From contig JBBIRK010000001.1 in the NCBI GenBank assembly GCA_037441845.1, forward strand, positions 224,001 through 288,000: DNA of 64,000 nt, read 5' to 3'. Under the pieces are notes generated by a model. It was not told the DNA's origin. It did not search any database and worked only from the letters and a program-made list of their open reading frames with translations. A program made the position numbers and the translations under genes. Positions within the stretch are counted from its first letter, which is position 1; each line of letters begins with the position of its first letter. The DNA comes from Candidatus Zixiibacteriota bacterium (GTDB taxonomy: Bacteria > Zixibacteria > MSB-5A5 > UBA10806 > 4484-95). Positions 18,185 through 28,314 of the stretch are shown one piece after another.

Positions 18185-20086
18185 ATGGTCATTGCCACTT
18201 TGGCCGAATTAACCAAAACTTACCCGTCGGTCGTCGTACTGGACAGAGTAAACGCCTCCATTCAAAATGGGGAAAAAATCGGCCTGGTGGGACCGAACGG
18301 GTGCGGCAAAACCACTTTGCTCGAAATTCTGGCAGGGCTCGTGGAAATCGAATCGGGGGAGGCGAGTTTGGCCAGAGGCACAAGCATCGGCTATCTGCCG
18401 CAGACCCCCGAAACCGGAGACCTCGACTGCAGCCTGATCGATTACCTTAGAAGCGCACACGGCCGGATTATCGAAACCAGAAAGCGGCTCGAAGAGCTGG
18501 AAAATCGGTTGGCAAGTGGTCAAGCCACCCCTGCCGAAATCGAACAGTACAGTAAGAATCTCGATTGGCTGGATCGCAGCGGGGGATTTTCGCTCGAAAC
18601 GATGCTCGAGAAAACAGCGATCGGGCTTGGCCTGGAAAAGGAACTGCATCGGCGCCGTTTATCGCAATTATCGGGCGGGCAATTGAACCGAGCGGCCTTG
18701 GCGCGTCTGCTCTCCTCCAAACCAGACCTTATGCTATTGGATGAACCCACCAACCATCTCGATATCGACGGTATCAAATTTTTGGAGGATTATCTCGATG
18801 CGACGCCTGCCGCCGCGCTGATCGTTTCGCACGACAGGCGGTTTCTCGACAATGTCTGCCGTACGATTTGGGAGCTTCGCCGCGGCCGGCTGAAAATATT
18901 CAAAGGGAATTTTTCTGCATATTTGGAAAAGCGTCGGCAGGATGATGCGCTTGCGCTCAAAGCTTATATCCGACAGAAAGAATTCATAGCCAAGACGGAG
19001 GCTTTTATCCGCAAAAATATAGCCGGGCAGAAAACGAATCAGGCGAAATCGCGGCGGAAAATGCTGGCCAGACTGGAGAAAAAAGATAAGCCCTCGGCGC
19101 CGGAAAAAAGCATACGTCTGTCATTCGCGGGAGCGGAACGATCGGAACGGATAATTTGCGTCATGGAAAACCTGTCTTTCGGCTACAGCGATAAGCCGAT
19201 ATTGAAGGATATAAATCTGACAATCGAACGTGGTCAGCGGATCGGCCTCCTCGGTAAAAACGGCAGCGGCAAGACCACTTTGCTGAGAATCATGGTAGAA
19301 GAGTTGTCGCCGGCCGAGGGAAATTTTTACCGCGCGAAAAATTTGAAAATCGCCTATTTCCGGCAGGCAAGGAACGAGTTCTCCGAAAATGACACGCCGC
19401 TCGGTTTGATACGGGCGGCCATGCCGCAACTGGCCGAAAACAAATTACGAGATATTCTGGCCGGATTTTTATTCGAGGCCGAAGATGTCTTCCGCCCGAT
19501 GACTTCCTTTTCCGGGGGACAGAAAAGCCGTTTGGCACTGGCGCTTTTGATCGCCGCCCGGCCGAATTTCTTGTTGCTCGATGAACCGACGAATCATCTC
19601 GACATTCCGTCGCTGGAGGCGCTCGAAAACGCGCTCGATTCCTACGACGGGACGCTTCTGGTAGTTTCCCACGATCGTTATTTTCTCGATGGGCTTGTTG
19701 ACACGATTTATTATATAGAGGACGGCAGGTTGGAAATTTATAACGGCAATTATTCTTATTTCGAATCCAAACGAGCCGAAAAAAACGCCGACGACGAGAT
19801 GAAGGCGAAATCGACCGAAAGCGACACCGTTCACGCTCGGAATACGATCGATAAGAAAAAGCCGCGAAAAGTAAATCCGCAGATCATCGAAAAATTGAAA
19901 AGCGAAATAGCCGCTCTCGAATCTGAATACCAAGAAATTCATGAGCAACTTATTGATTCGAATATCGCCAGTGACTGGCAAACGCTGCACAACCTCGAAA
20001 AACGCAAATCGGAACTGGAAAATCTGATTTTGATCGGCTACGAAAAATTGGACAGCTTGATGAAAACCGACAGCGAACAATCGTGA
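18185..20086 (+). CDS. ABC-F family ATP-binding protein (Uup/YheS-like)
   Basis: Two NBDs (GPNGCGKT/LSGGQ/LLDEPTNHLD and GKNGSGKT/FSGGQ/LLDEPTNHLD), no TM, C-terminal coiled coil. Confidence 0.95.
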   Translation: MVIATLAELTKTYPSVVVLDRVNASIQNGEKIGLVGPNGCGKTTLLEILAGLVEIESGEASLARGTSIGYLPQTPETGDLDCSLIDYLRSAHGRIIETRKRLEELENRLASGQATPAEIEQYSKNLDWLDRSGGFSLETMLEKTAIGLGLEKELHRRRLSQLSGGQLNRAALARLLSSKPDLMLLDEPTNHLDIDGIKFLEDYLDATPAAALIVSHDRRFLDNVCRTIWELRRGRLKIFKGNFSAYLEKRRQDDALALKAYIRQKEFIAKTEAFIRKNIAGQKTNQAKSRRKMLARLEKKDKPSAPEKSIRLSFAGAERSERIICVMENLSFGYSDKPILKDINLTIERGQRIGLLGKNGSGKTTLLRIMVEELSPAEGNFYRAKNLKIAYFRQARNEFSENDTPLGLIRAAMPQLAENKLRDILAGFLFEAEDVFRPMTSFSGGQKSRLALALLIAARPNFLLLDEPTNHLDIPSLEALENALDSYDGTLLVVSHDRYFLDGLVDTIYYIEDGRLEIYNGNYSYFESKRAEKNADDEMKAKSTESDTVHARNTIDKKKPRKVNPQIIEKLKSEIAALESEYQEIHEQLIDSNIASDWQTLHNLEKRKSELENLILIGYEKLDSLMKTDSEQS

Positions 20087-21636
20087 AGAAAAATACTGCG
20101 GCCGAAACGATCTTATTCGTCACCGCCCTGGTTGCGTTTACTTTGCTTTCGAACGCCGACCAAGGAATGGACTCTTATATATACGCCATCAACGTCCGGG
20201 ATTCGTCGGAGCTGTTGCATCCCCACCATCTTCTTTACAATCCGTTCGGGGTGATACTTTGTCGGCTTTTTTCGTTCACCGGCCTCGGCAGCCTGAAACT
20301 GCTCTCGCTTTTCAATTCCGTACTCGGTGCCGCCGTATTGACGATAATTTACCGCACCCTCCGAAAGTATACGGACCGCCGTCGGGCGTCGGCGGCGGTG
20401 ATCTCAATCGGAGCTTTATATTCGTTCTGGTACTATTCGGCTTCGGTCGAGGTCAATATGGCCGCGCTTCTTTTCGGCAGTTTGGCGTTATTGCTGATTT
20501 CACAAGAAGAGACTTCAACGACAAAAGGCATGGCGGCATCGCTTAGTATCGCCGCGGGGACATTATTCCATCAAGCGCTCGTGCTGATGTATATACCGTT
20601 GTTCATCGTTTTCCATCGGCGCCGAATCCCCTTAAGCCGAATTATCATGCAATTAGGTCCGAGTATTCTTTCTCTCGGGATAATCTATTCGGCATGCGCA
20701 TTATGGATTACACCGGATCACACCGTCAAATCGGCTTGGCGCTGGCTGACCCTATATTCCCATCTGGGGACATGGGGCAAATTGAGTTTGAATAATTTCG
20801 TAATCTCGATCTGGGGAACGGCCAAGACTCTTTTCGGAGGAGACGAAATCAGGCGGACATTCTATGCCGGAGATCGTGGATTATCCGGCTATTCGTATCT
20901 GTTTTTGCTGGTCGCAACTGTATCGCTATTACTTTATATTGCCTTCGTTTCGTTAATGAATCGCCTGTTCTGGAGCACATTTGAATTGTTTCTGCTGTTG
21001 AACACCATCGCGTTTGGTCTATTTGCATTTTGGTGGGCGCCAACCGATGATGGCTTTTGGCTGTATTCCATTTTATCCTTGTTTCTACTGACATTCGTTC
21101 GTTTCACCCGAATAAAGTCGCCTGGTTTGCCGTTGAGCGCCTTGCCGATTTTCTTGATTTTGACAAATTATCCATTCGAAATAATCCCTTCTGCCGAAGT
21201 CAATAATTCGATCGTAAGAAGCGGAGCCGCCAAAATAGCGGCCATGAATATCGGCGAATCCGATCTGGTGATCACCAATTTCAATCAGATACGGCTGGCG
21301 CTGGATTATCATCACGGCATAAAGACCAATACCGCTTGCTTGCTTTTTGCTCCCCCGGGGGACAACCACGAGGTCGTTGAAGAATATTCAAAGCGGATCA
21401 GGGATTGGTTGGCACGGGGCAGGGTTCTCATTTTCGCCAATGAAATTTTTCCCGAGCCGCATCGGCGTTACTTGACCGAGCGATTCAGCCTCGACGATTA
21501 TAGACGGGCTTATGATGAATTTCTGCCGCTGCTCGTCAAGCGTGATTCCATTTCCGCTTATGGATCTTGGGTAACGATCTGGGAAATACAACCTGATCAG
21601 GCCCGGCTTTCGACTAAACCATCAGATGATCATTGA
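20083..21636 (+). CDS. Polytopic membrane protein, GT-C (ArnT/PMT/DUF2723-like) glycosyltransferase-like
   Basis: DSYIYA...HPHHLLY and FWYYSASVEVN motifs, many TM helices, C-terminal soluble domain. Confidence 0.6.
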   Translation: MKKNTAAETILFVTALVAFTLLSNADQGMDSYIYAINVRDSSELLHPHHLLYNPFGVILCRLFSFTGLGSLKLLSLFNSVLGAAVLTIIYRTLRKYTDRRRASAAVISIGALYSFWYYSASVEVNMAALLFGSLALLLISQEETSTTKGMAASLSIAAGTLFHQALVLMYIPLFIVFHRRRIPLSRIIMQLGPSILSLGIIYSACALWITPDHTVKSAWRWLTLYSHLGTWGKLSLNNFVISIWGTAKTLFGGDEIRRTFYAGDRGLSGYSYLFLLVATVSLLLYIAFVSLMNRLFWSTFELFLLLNTIAFGLFAFWWAPTDDGFWLYSILSLFLLTFVRFTRIKSPGLPLSALPIFLILTNYPFEIIPSAEVNNSIVRSGAAKIAAMNIGESDLVITNFNQIRLALDYHHGIKTNTACLLFAPPGDNHEVVEEYSKRIRDWLARGRVLIFANEIFPEPHRRYLTERFSLDDYRRAYDEFLPLLVKRDSISAYGSWVTIWEIQPDQARLSTKPSDDH

Positions 21637-21660
21637 CACGGACAATCAATTGGCTATTTT
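21633..21660 (+). promoter_or_regulatory. Candidate sigma70 promoter of lepA
   Basis: TTGACA-N16-TATTTT, 58 bp upstream of the lepA ATG. Confidence 0.5.
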
Positions 21661-21717
21661 GATTGATCGGGCTGCAGCCGGTAAGACGGTGCGGCGCCAG
21701 ATTAAAATCGGAAGAAT

Positions 21718-23511
21718 ATGGAAAATATCCGCAATTTTTGTATCATCGCCCATATAGATCACGGCAAATCGACTTTGGCCGACAGGCTGCTCGAATACAC
21801 CCATACGATTGACCCCCGCCAGATGAAAAGACAGGTCCTGGACACGATGGATCTCGAGCAAGAGCGCGGTATAACTATCAAGTCGCACGCGATCAGGATG
21901 GAATACACCACGCATGACGGCGAAACCTATATTCTCAATCTGATCGACACTCCCGGGCATGTCGATTTCAATTATGAGGTGTCACGGGCGCTTATGGCCT
22001 GTGAGGGAGCTTTGCTGGTGGTCGATGCCTCTCAGGGGGTCGAAGCCCAAACTATCTCAAACCTTTACCTTGCACTCGAATCCAATTTGACCATAATCCC
22101 CGTCATAAACAAAATCGATCTTCCATCGGCGAATATCGAGCGGGCCAAAGAGGAAATCGTGAATCTTATCGGCTGCTCCGAAGATGAGATACTCGTCGCC
22201 TCGGCCAAATTGGGCACGGGGATAGAGCAGATTCTCGAGGCGATCGTCAACCGGATAAGGCCTCCCGGAGGAGACCCGGACGCCCCCCCGCGGGCGTTGA
22301 TATTCGATTCGGCTTTCGATAATTACCGCGGCGCCGTCGCCTATGTCAGAGTTTTCGAGGGGAAATTCCGCAAAAACGACTGGCTGCGCTTCTTCTCGCA
22401 TCAGCGGAAATATCAATGTGACGAATTGGGTTACCTGATTTTGAAATACGTTCCGCGAGAAGAATTGAAGGCCGGGGAGGTCGGCTACATAATCGGTAAT
22501 ATCCGACAGGTGGGCGATACCCGCGTTGGCGATACCATCACTACCGATAACAATCCCGCGGCCGAGCCGTTGCCCGGATTCAAGCAGGCCAAGCCGATGG
22601 TGTTCGCCGGTATATACCCGACCGAGGCTGAGAATTTCGAGGATTTGCGGGAGGCGATCAATAAACTGCAATTGAACGATGCTTCGCTTGTTTTCGAGCC
22701 CGAGACTTCGCTTGCCCTCGGGTTCGGATTCCGCTGCGGGTTCTTGGGCCTATTGCATATGGAAATAATCCAAGAACGACTTCAGCGCGAATACAAGATG
22801 CCGATTATCACCACTGTCCCGAGCGTCAATTATCGGGTGACTCTCACCGACGGCTCGATAGTGGAAATCGACAACCCATCGCTCATGCCCGACCAGGCTA
22901 AACTCGAAAAAATCGAAGAGCCGTTCGTGACCGCCTCGATAATAACACCGACCGAATATATCGGTAATCTCATGAAACTATGCCTCGAGCGCCGCGGCCA
23001 GCATCTGAATACGGAATACATCGATCCGACCCGGGCGAATCTGCATTATCTCATGCCGCTGTCGGAGATAATTTTCGACTTTTTCGATCGTATGAAATCG
23101 GTTTCCAGAGGATACGCATCGCTCGATTACGAATTCAAAGACTATTATGAATCGAATCTGGTGCGACTCGATATTCTGCTCAATGACGAGCCGGTCGATG
23201 CCTTGTCGGCGATCGTGCATCGCGACAAAGCCTATAACTGGGGGCGCTCCCTATGTCAGAAATTGCGGCAGTTGATTCCCCGCCAGCTCTATGAAGTCGT
23301 AATCCAGGCGGCCATCGGTTCACGGGTCATCGCCCGTGATTCGATAAAACCTCTGCGGAAAAACGTCACCGCTAAATGCTACGGCGGAGACATCACTCGT
23401 AAAAGAAAGCTGCTTGAACGCCAAAAAGAAGGCAAAAAGAGAATGAAACGGGTCGGCCAGGTGGAGATCCCTCAAGAGGCTTTTCTGGCCATATTGCAGG
23501 TGGAAAAATGA
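21718..23511 (+). CDS. lepA: Translation elongation factor 4 (LepA)
   Basis: [41 protein letters not shown] and [25 protein letters not shown]. Confidence 0.99.
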   Translation: MENIRNFCIIAHIDHGKSTLADRLLEYTHTIDPRQMKRQVLDTMDLEQERGITIKSHAIRMEYTTHDGETYILNLIDTPGHVDFNYEVSRALMACEGALLVVDASQGVEAQTISNLYLALESNLTIIPVINKIDLPSANIERAKEEIVNLIGCSEDEILVASAKLGTGIEQILEAIVNRIRPPGGDPDAPPRALIFDSAFDNYRGAVAYVRVFEGKFRKNDWLRFFSHQRKYQCDELGYLILKYVPREELKAGEVGYIIGNIRQVGDTRVGDTITTDNNPAAEPLPGFKQAKPMVFAGIYPTEAENFEDLREAINKLQLNDASLVFEPETSLALGFGFRCGFLGLLHMEIIQERLQREYKMPIITTVPSVNYRVTLTDGSIVEIDNPSLMPDQAKLEKIEEPFVTASIITPTEYIGNLMKLCLERRGQHLNTEYIDPTRANLHYLMPLSEIIFDFFDRMKSVSRGYASLDYEFKDYYESNLVRLDILLNDEPVDALSAIVHRDKAYNWGRSLCQKLRQLIPRQLYEVVIQAAIGSRVIARDSIKPLRKNVTAKCYGGDITRKRKLLERQKEGKKRMKRVGQVEIPQEAFLAILQVEK

Positions 23512-23536
23512 CGACCTGCGGAAAGGAAACAAATCC

Positions 23537-24007
23537 GTGACGATCGAAGGCTTTATGAAAATCAAGACGCTGGCGAATTTTTGGATATTCGAGGTCAAGC
23601 CGACGCTCGACAAGGCGCTTGAAATCGCTCCCTCCGAAAAACTCGACTGGATGCCCGCGCCGGAAATGATCACCCTCGGAAACATTTTCATGCATATAGC
23701 GGAGGCGTCATCGTGGTGGATCGACAAAGTGATCGACGGCGGTGAGTATAAACGCCTTACCCCCTGTAAATGTCCAGCGAAAGACCAGGTCGGGCGGCTG
23801 CTCGAAGGTCACTGGCAAAGGCTGGAACATCTATTTTCGAGATCGCCCGAAATTTTCGAAAAATCGTACGAAGTCAGACGCAAAGACAAAATCGACAGGT
23901 TCGAAGGCTACTGGATCATGCTTCATTTGTTCGAACACGATATTCATCACCGAAGTCAGGCGAATCATTATCTTCGCATACTTGGAATCACGCCGCCACA
24001 GATTTGA
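23537..24007 (+). CDS. DinB/YfiT family protein
   Basis: Metal-binding pattern HIAEA...HLFEHDIHHRSQ...YLRILGITPP. Confidence 0.85.
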   Translation: MTIEGFMKIKTLANFWIFEVKPTLDKALEIAPSEKLDWMPAPEMITLGNIFMHIAEASSWWIDKVIDGGEYKRLTPCKCPAKDQVGRLLEGHWQRLEHLFSRSPEIFEKSYEVRRKDKIDRFEGYWIMLHLFEHDIHHRSQANHYLRILGITPPQI

Positions 24008-24172
24008 AATCCTTGAAATCAAATATTGACGGTCCGTCTTCGATGTTCCATTTGGCGATATTATTTGGCCGTGCGCGTATTTCCGTCAAAACGACAATAC
24101 ATGATTATGGACTTATAGGTGACGCCGCGGCCAAATCATACAGACGGCTGACTCAGTCAGGTTAAATTACTT

Positions 24173-24730
24173 TCAGTGAGCCGTAAAGCCGCCGAGCTGT
24201 TCAAGTCGCGTTGCAAAAACCTCGAAGCCGGATCGGTCGAACAGCACGAAAACGATTTTTTCGAGCACGGTCGATTTTTCGATAAACTTTGCGCTCGCGC
24301 CTATCATTATATCGGCGCACTCGGCTATGGGAAATCCGCCCACGCCGGTTCCGAGTGCCGGAAACGCGATGGATTTCGATCCCAACCGATCGGCCAGCAT
24401 GAGGCTGTTGACCGTCGCTTCGCGGATCAATTCGGCGTTCGTGCGCAAATCCTGCCCCATCACTGCGGCGTGAATAACATGGCGCGCCTTCAAGCTCCCG
24501 GCACCGGTGGCGATCGCTTCGCCGACCTTGATCGGCCCATGCTTGACCGCTTCGTCTTCGATTGTTTGACCACCTTTGCGTTTAATCGCGCCGGCGACGC
24601 CCGCACCCATCCACAGATGGTTATTCGCGGCGTTAACGATTGCATCGACCTCCGCTTCGGTTATATCCCCCTGCTGACAACCGATGGATTTGCCACCGAA
24701 TTTTATACTTTTACCGAATAACATCCCCAC
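24173..24730 (-). CDS. Macro domain protein (O-acetyl-ADP-ribose deacetylase-like)
   Basis: GDITEAEVDAIVNAANN, GAGVAGAI, VIHAA and SIAFPALGTGVGGFP. Confidence 0.93.
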   Translation of the reverse strand: MGMLFGKSIKFGGKSIGCQQGDITEAEVDAIVNAANNHLWMGAGVAGAIKRKGGQTIEDEAVKHGPIKVGEAIATGAGSLKARHVIHAAVMGQDLRTNAELIREATVNSLMLADRLGSKSIAFPALGTGVGGFPIAECADIMIGASAKFIEKSTVLEKIVFVLFDRSGFEVFATRLEQLGGFTAH

Positions 24731-25295
24731 TTGAACCTTTCGCCATGTCGGCGTGACTGCGATTGCGGGGATAAGCTATTTTCCTTCTCACCCATAGAAC
24801 AGCCATCCCCATTAAAACGCCGAATAGATATCCAGCCAGAATATCGCTCGGATAATGCTTGCCCAAATAGATTCTCGATATTCCGACCGCAACGGCCAAA
24901 AGCCACATGAACAAAATCAGTCGATGCCTGAACCGGCCGACAATATAGGCGACGACAGCGCAATTGGCGGCGTGATTTGAGGGGAATCCGTAAAGACCCC
25001 CGCACTCTATTATCTCACGCAGCTGTAAACCGGCATGACACGGCCGAGGTCGCATCACCAGTTTTTTGAGTATCTGCGAGCAGATCGGATCAGTCAGGGC
25101 GATTCCGATCAAACTCAGAATTATCATATTTCCCGTATGAGGGACTTTGCGGATAATCATGACTGCGACAATCAAGCCGAGAATAGCGAACAAAATACGT
25201 TGATCTGAAAGCAATATGAAAAGGTGATCCAAAACCGGGTTGCCGAGCTTGAGGTTTATGAAAAAAAGCAAGCCTTTATCGATCTCTGCCAGCAT
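24711..25295 (-). CDS. PAP2 family membrane phosphatase
   Basis: KKLVMRPRP, FPSNHA and SRIYLGKHYPSD motifs; start at ATG 25295 after GGAG. Confidence 0.92.
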   Translation of the reverse strand: MLAEIDKGLLFFINLKLGNPVLDHLFILLSDQRILFAILGLIVAVMIIRKVPHTGNMIILSLIGIALTDPICSQILKKLVMRPRPCHAGLQLREIIECGGLYGFPSNHAANCAVVAYIVGRFRHRLILFMWLLAVAVGISRIYLGKHYPSDILAGYLFGVLMGMAVLWVRRKIAYPRNRSHADMAKGSSGDVIR

Positions 25296-25455
25296 TATTC
25301 TCCAAAGATTATATAACAAATAAGTATATTATCGATATGCCCTAACCGCAACAATCATCTGAAAACGCTCAGGGCGGATAGCCGAAATTATTTGGCTTTC
25401 CGTTTCCGCTTGCTTCCAAGGAAGGAAAAAAACAATTTATGACTGAGGTGATTCT

Positions 25456-26451
25456 ATGCCGGCGAATCTGCCCCCTCAATATTACGAGCTCGAGCGGCAA
25501 TTCAACAAAGAAACCGACCTGGCCGAAAAGCTGCGCCTGGCCAAAGAACTTCTGGCCATCATGCCCAAACATAAGGGCACCGACAAACTGCAGGCGGATC
25601 TGAAGGCCAAAATTTCCAAACTCAAATCGCAATTGGAAAGCGGCGCCAAAAAGCACGGGGCTCATCATGTCGATCGCTTCCCACATATCGAGAAGGAAGG
25701 CGCCGGGCAAGTGATCTTAATCGGCCCGCCTAATTCGGGCAAGTCGAGCATACTTGACTATTGCACTAACGCCCGACCGTTTATCGCCGATTATCCTTAC
25801 TCGACCCACGAACCGATGACCGGTATGATGCCGTTCGAAAGCATCCAGTTCCAGTTGATCGACACCCCGGCTATCTCGGATCTGCCGATGCCGTCTTATC
25901 TGCCTAACCTTATCCGCCAAGCCGACCTGGTCGTCTGCGTGATCGATATAAGCGATTTTATGGCGGAAAAACGGATTGCCGAATTGCAAGCAAGGCTGCT
26001 CGAGAAAAATATAGCCCTGACGCCACCTAATACCGTGCCGGAGGGAAATGCCCGATTCGTCTATAAGAAAACCTTGATCGCCGCGCATAAATATGCCGCG
26101 CCCGAATCGGACGACGCCCTCGCGGAATTGAAAATCAAGCCGGCGGAATTTCCGATCATTCCCACATCCATTTATGATTCCGCTCTCATGGAAAATTTCA
26201 AGAAAGCGATATTCGAAGCCTTCGATATCGTGCGAGTATATACCAAGCGAAGCGGCCACGAACCGGATTTCAGCGACCCGGTGGTCCTGCCCAAAGGCAG
26301 CACCGTCGGCGACGCCGCCTTGCGGTTGCATAAGGATTTCGCACAGAAACTTCAATATGCCAAAATCTGGGGTAAGGGAAAATTCGAGGGCCAACGGGTC
26401 AAAAGCAATTTCGTTTTATCCGATGAGGATATAATCGAATTTCATATATAG
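25456..26451 (+). CDS. DRG/Obg-family GTPase with C-terminal TGS domain
   Basis: MPANLPPQY, PKHKGTDKL, GPPNSGKS, ADYPYST, IDTP, and TGS segment TVGDAALRLHKDF...DEDIIEFHI. Confidence 0.9.
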   Translation: MPANLPPQYYELERQFNKETDLAEKLRLAKELLAIMPKHKGTDKLQADLKAKISKLKSQLESGAKKHGAHHVDRFPHIEKEGAGQVILIGPPNSGKSSILDYCTNARPFIADYPYSTHEPMTGMMPFESIQFQLIDTPAISDLPMPSYLPNLIRQADLVVCVIDISDFMAEKRIAELQARLLEKNIALTPPNTVPEGNARFVYKKTLIAAHKYAAPESDDALAELKIKPAEFPIIPTSIYDSALMENFKKAIFEAFDIVRVYTKRSGHEPDFSDPVVLPKGSTVGDAALRLHKDFAQKLQYAKIWGKGKFEGQRVKSNFVLSDEDIIEFHI

Positions 26452-26465
26452 GTCGAGCGATAAGG

Positions 26466-28187
26466 CTATCGTCGACCGGAAGCATCCGCCCCGATTGCGA
26501 TAAGGCTGTCGAGAATCCTGATCGCCGGAATTACCATCTTGTCATTTCTGCCCTTGGGCGTGGCCGCATATCTTTCGAGATACTCCCTTGCCTCTGAATA
26601 TCGTCCCAAGCGGTTAAGCAAAACGGCCAGATAATTCATAGCGAAAACGTCATCGGGTTTCAGGCGAAGCGTCTCCTTGAAATTGGCTTCCGCCTCTCTG
26701 TGTTTACCCTGCTCCATTTGCACGAAACCCAGCCAAAGAAAAAGCCGCGGATGGTCTTTGAAAGTAACCGCCAGAGCATAAGCTTTCTCCGCGAGCGGGA
26801 GGTTTTTGGCGTAATAGTAATGTTCGCCGAGCACTTCATAATTATACCAGGCGCGAGCCGGGTCCAAAGCGGCGATATTCCAGAACCGCAACCGCGATGC
26901 CTCCAGATTCGAATTCAGGTAAATCCAAGGCAACACCAACGAAAGCGACAGCACCGCCACGATCAGCTTGAATTTTCTGCTGCGATTGGACCAATCGACG
27001 CCTAGAAAAAGCGAAAGATGCGGCGTTAGCAATAACAATGCGAATAGGTCCCAATCGCGCGCCATGCCCAACCGCGGGTCGATCAGAACAATCAGAACCA
27101 AGGCACATGCAGTCGACAACCAGAAGCCGATTCTCAATCTCCTGAGTACCTCATCCGAGGAATTGACCCTCTGAAAACCTATTAGCAACACCGAGGTTGG
27201 TAGAACCAAGAACAATAGATTGGCAAGATCAACCAAATGGCGCGGACTGAAAACAGCATACTCCGGATCCGATCGGCCGCTCGAGAGAAGCATACCGGGA
27301 ATCTCCTTGTTCACGTGGGCGAAAATCATATATACCGCCGTGATTATCGGCACCAGCATTATATGTAGAGACCGCAACGGAGATTTTCTCGACAGCAACC
27401 GAACCTTTGCTTGATACAAAATAAACGGGAGGATAACCACCGCCAGATTATGCATGAAAAAGGCCAGTAAAAAGAAAAGCAGGCTCGAGTTCAACCTTTT
27501 TCCGGTTTCCGAATAAACGATCGTCTGCTGCACCGTCACGAGCGAGAGTGCGGCGGCAAGGGCGTAATTTTCGGCATATCCAAAAAACATCATCACCCCA
27601 CCCCAGCCCAAAAGATAAGACAGAGTCAACCATTTTTCCGCGCCGAAACGAACCAACCATCGGGCGAGAGCCCAGCCACCATAAAAATAAATCATTCCCG
27701 CCAGATAGCTCCAGAAACGGAAACAATCGACCGCATTCAATCCGATCGGTTTGAAAATGTATTTGTAGCTCAGGTAATGAATAGCATAATCCAGCGGCTC
27801 ACTTGCCGCATCGATAAAAAACCGATGAAATCCTTTCTTTTCCATTTCCTGGATCCGTAATGGACCATCGCCGAGCAGATTGGCGCTGTCGCTGAAAAGA
27901 CGGAAAATGAGCAATAAACCTCCGATTACTAAGACGCCGAGGATGATGCGATTGGCTCTTCCGCCGGCTTCGGTCCTTTTCGTTGCGGCGCTCTGGATCT
28001 CGGACTTTCCGATAAGCAGAATAACTGCGGCCACAAAGATCAAATAGGCATAGGAAATAAAATGGGGGAAGTATGCGAAAATATCGACGCCCCAGAGCCT
28101 GATTCCGGGGAAATTGAGCGCCACGGCGCGCAAGGCGATCAAAGACAGCGAAAGCGCGATAGTCATGATTTTCTCGCTCTTATACAA
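26466..28187 (-). CDS. Polytopic membrane protein with C-terminal TPR repeats (GT-C-like)
   Basis: Many TM helices, LLGDG, FFGYAENY, RDWDLF, then TPR helices (LGFVQMEQGKHREAEANFKETLRLKP). Confidence 0.65.
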   Translation of the reverse strand: MYKSEKIMTIALSLSLIALRAVALNFPGIRLWGVDIFAYFPHFISYAYLIFVAAVILLIGKSEIQSAATKRTEAGGRANRIILGVLVIGGLLLIFRLFSDSANLLGDGPLRIQEMEKKGFHRFFIDAASEPLDYAIHYLSYKYIFKPIGLNAVDCFRFWSYLAGMIYFYGGWALARWLVRFGAEKWLTLSYLLGWGGVMMFFGYAENYALAAALSLVTVQQTIVYSETGKRLNSSLLFFLLAFFMHNLAVVILPFILYQAKVRLLSRKSPLRSLHIMLVPIITAVYMIFAHVNKEIPGMLLSSGRSDPEYAVFSPRHLVDLANLLFLVLPTSVLLIGFQRVNSSDEVLRRLRIGFWLSTACALVLIVLIDPRLGMARDWDLFALLLLTPHLSLFLGVDWSNRSRKFKLIVAVLSLSLVLPWIYLNSNLEASRLRFWNIAALDPARAWYNYEVLGEHYYYAKNLPLAEKAYALAVTFKDHPRLFLWLGFVQMEQGKHREAEANFKETLRLKPDDVFAMNYLAVLLNRLGRYSEAREYLERYAATPKGRNDKMVIPAIRILDSLIAIGADASGRR

Positions 28188-28239
28188 GGACGGATCCCGG
28201 TCAATAGTTCACACTTGATTCTTGAAATGAATATAAAAT

Positions 28240-28271
28240 AAAAAAAGCCATCTTCGGTAGGAAAAGATGGC
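28240..28271 (-). terminator. Intrinsic terminator after the GlmL-like gene
   Basis: Minus strand GCCATCTT-loop-AAGATGGC followed by T7. Confidence 0.7.
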
Positions 28272-28314
28272 GTCATCAAATTGCTTCGACAGGGAATTTA
28301 GAATCAGGAGCGGT

